Shown in pieces: positions 63,509 to 64,000 of a stretch of 64,000 bases of DNA (position 1 is its first letter; every line of letters starts with the position of its first letter). The notes beneath the pieces are model-generated. The model was not told the origin of the DNA and searched no databases. It saw nothing but the letters and a program-made list of their open reading frames with translations. The stretch spans positions 186,001 through 250,000 of the forward strand of contig JANJGN010000152.1 of NCBI GenBank assembly GCA_026770705.1, read 5' to 3'. The translations under genes and the position numbers were made by a program. The stretch is from Isurus oxyrinchus (Eukaryota).

Positions 63509-64000
63509 CATTAGGGACTTATGGTTATAAAGTGTGGCTTTATAAGAAAGATTATGTCTGAGGCATCGATATATATACCCCAAGTTTTTTTTTAAAACAG
63601 GTCCAAAGACGCCGTATAAGGAATGAATCATAGACATTACCTGCTCAGACTTCCAAAGAACACCTGATGAAATATCACAAGAGATTTCTATTAAAGCCTT
63701 TGATGTTAGGGGGTGACATACTCAGTTTGATTAGGTCGGCTGACAGGATATAGGTAAAATAAGTTTGGGATAGATTTGGATCTGTTTATCAAGCCCAGCC
63801 CCAGATAAAAAGCACTAATTCTTCTCTTTCTGATGGGGTACGTTCAGACCATGCAACTACAGAGGATCTAGATTTCCATATTTAAAGGTGACACTGAGCA
63901 GTTTCCACGTTGTCAACATGAACTGCAAATAGAGATCGATGCCTATTCAAAGTTACTCTTGTTATGCTGATTTCACATTCATTTGCACTTCCGTCAATCT

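Noticed and set aside
1-64000. D, J or C segments, IgH-like V (TAILV) or VNAR segments
   Set aside because: No 12-RSS + FGXG J motif, C1-set exon, WVRQ-type VH framework or VNAR framework was recognised.

Overview
Eukaryotic genomic DNA, almost certainly from a cartilaginous fish (shark-type CR1/L2 LINEs, SINEs, Penelope-like ends, GPR139-like receptor). Bases ~1-33 kb are the edge of a T-cell receptor alpha/delta-type V-segment cluster with about 18 leader-V-RSS units in mixed orientation. Three look intact (11939+, 16014-, 20123+), one has an open V exon with a defective leader (7521+), and the rest are pseudogenes or relics. I found no D, J or C segments. Bases ~33-64 kb are repeat-rich flank with two disrupted GPCR genes (GPR139/142-like and P2Y/LPAR6-like). 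Most notable: (i) a 3' cassette shared by two very divergent V families, made of an RSS with a 24-bp spacer plus a CTCF-like motif ~20-25 bp downstream; (ii) minimal hammerhead-ribozyme motifs in Penelope-like ends, one in sense inside a V leader intron; (iii) a Vdelta-like family with a CDR1 cysteine and broken leaders, reminiscent of NAR-TCR supporting V domains; (iv) a CR1 junction inside an RSS spacer. Repeat boundaries are approximate and all calls are by eye.
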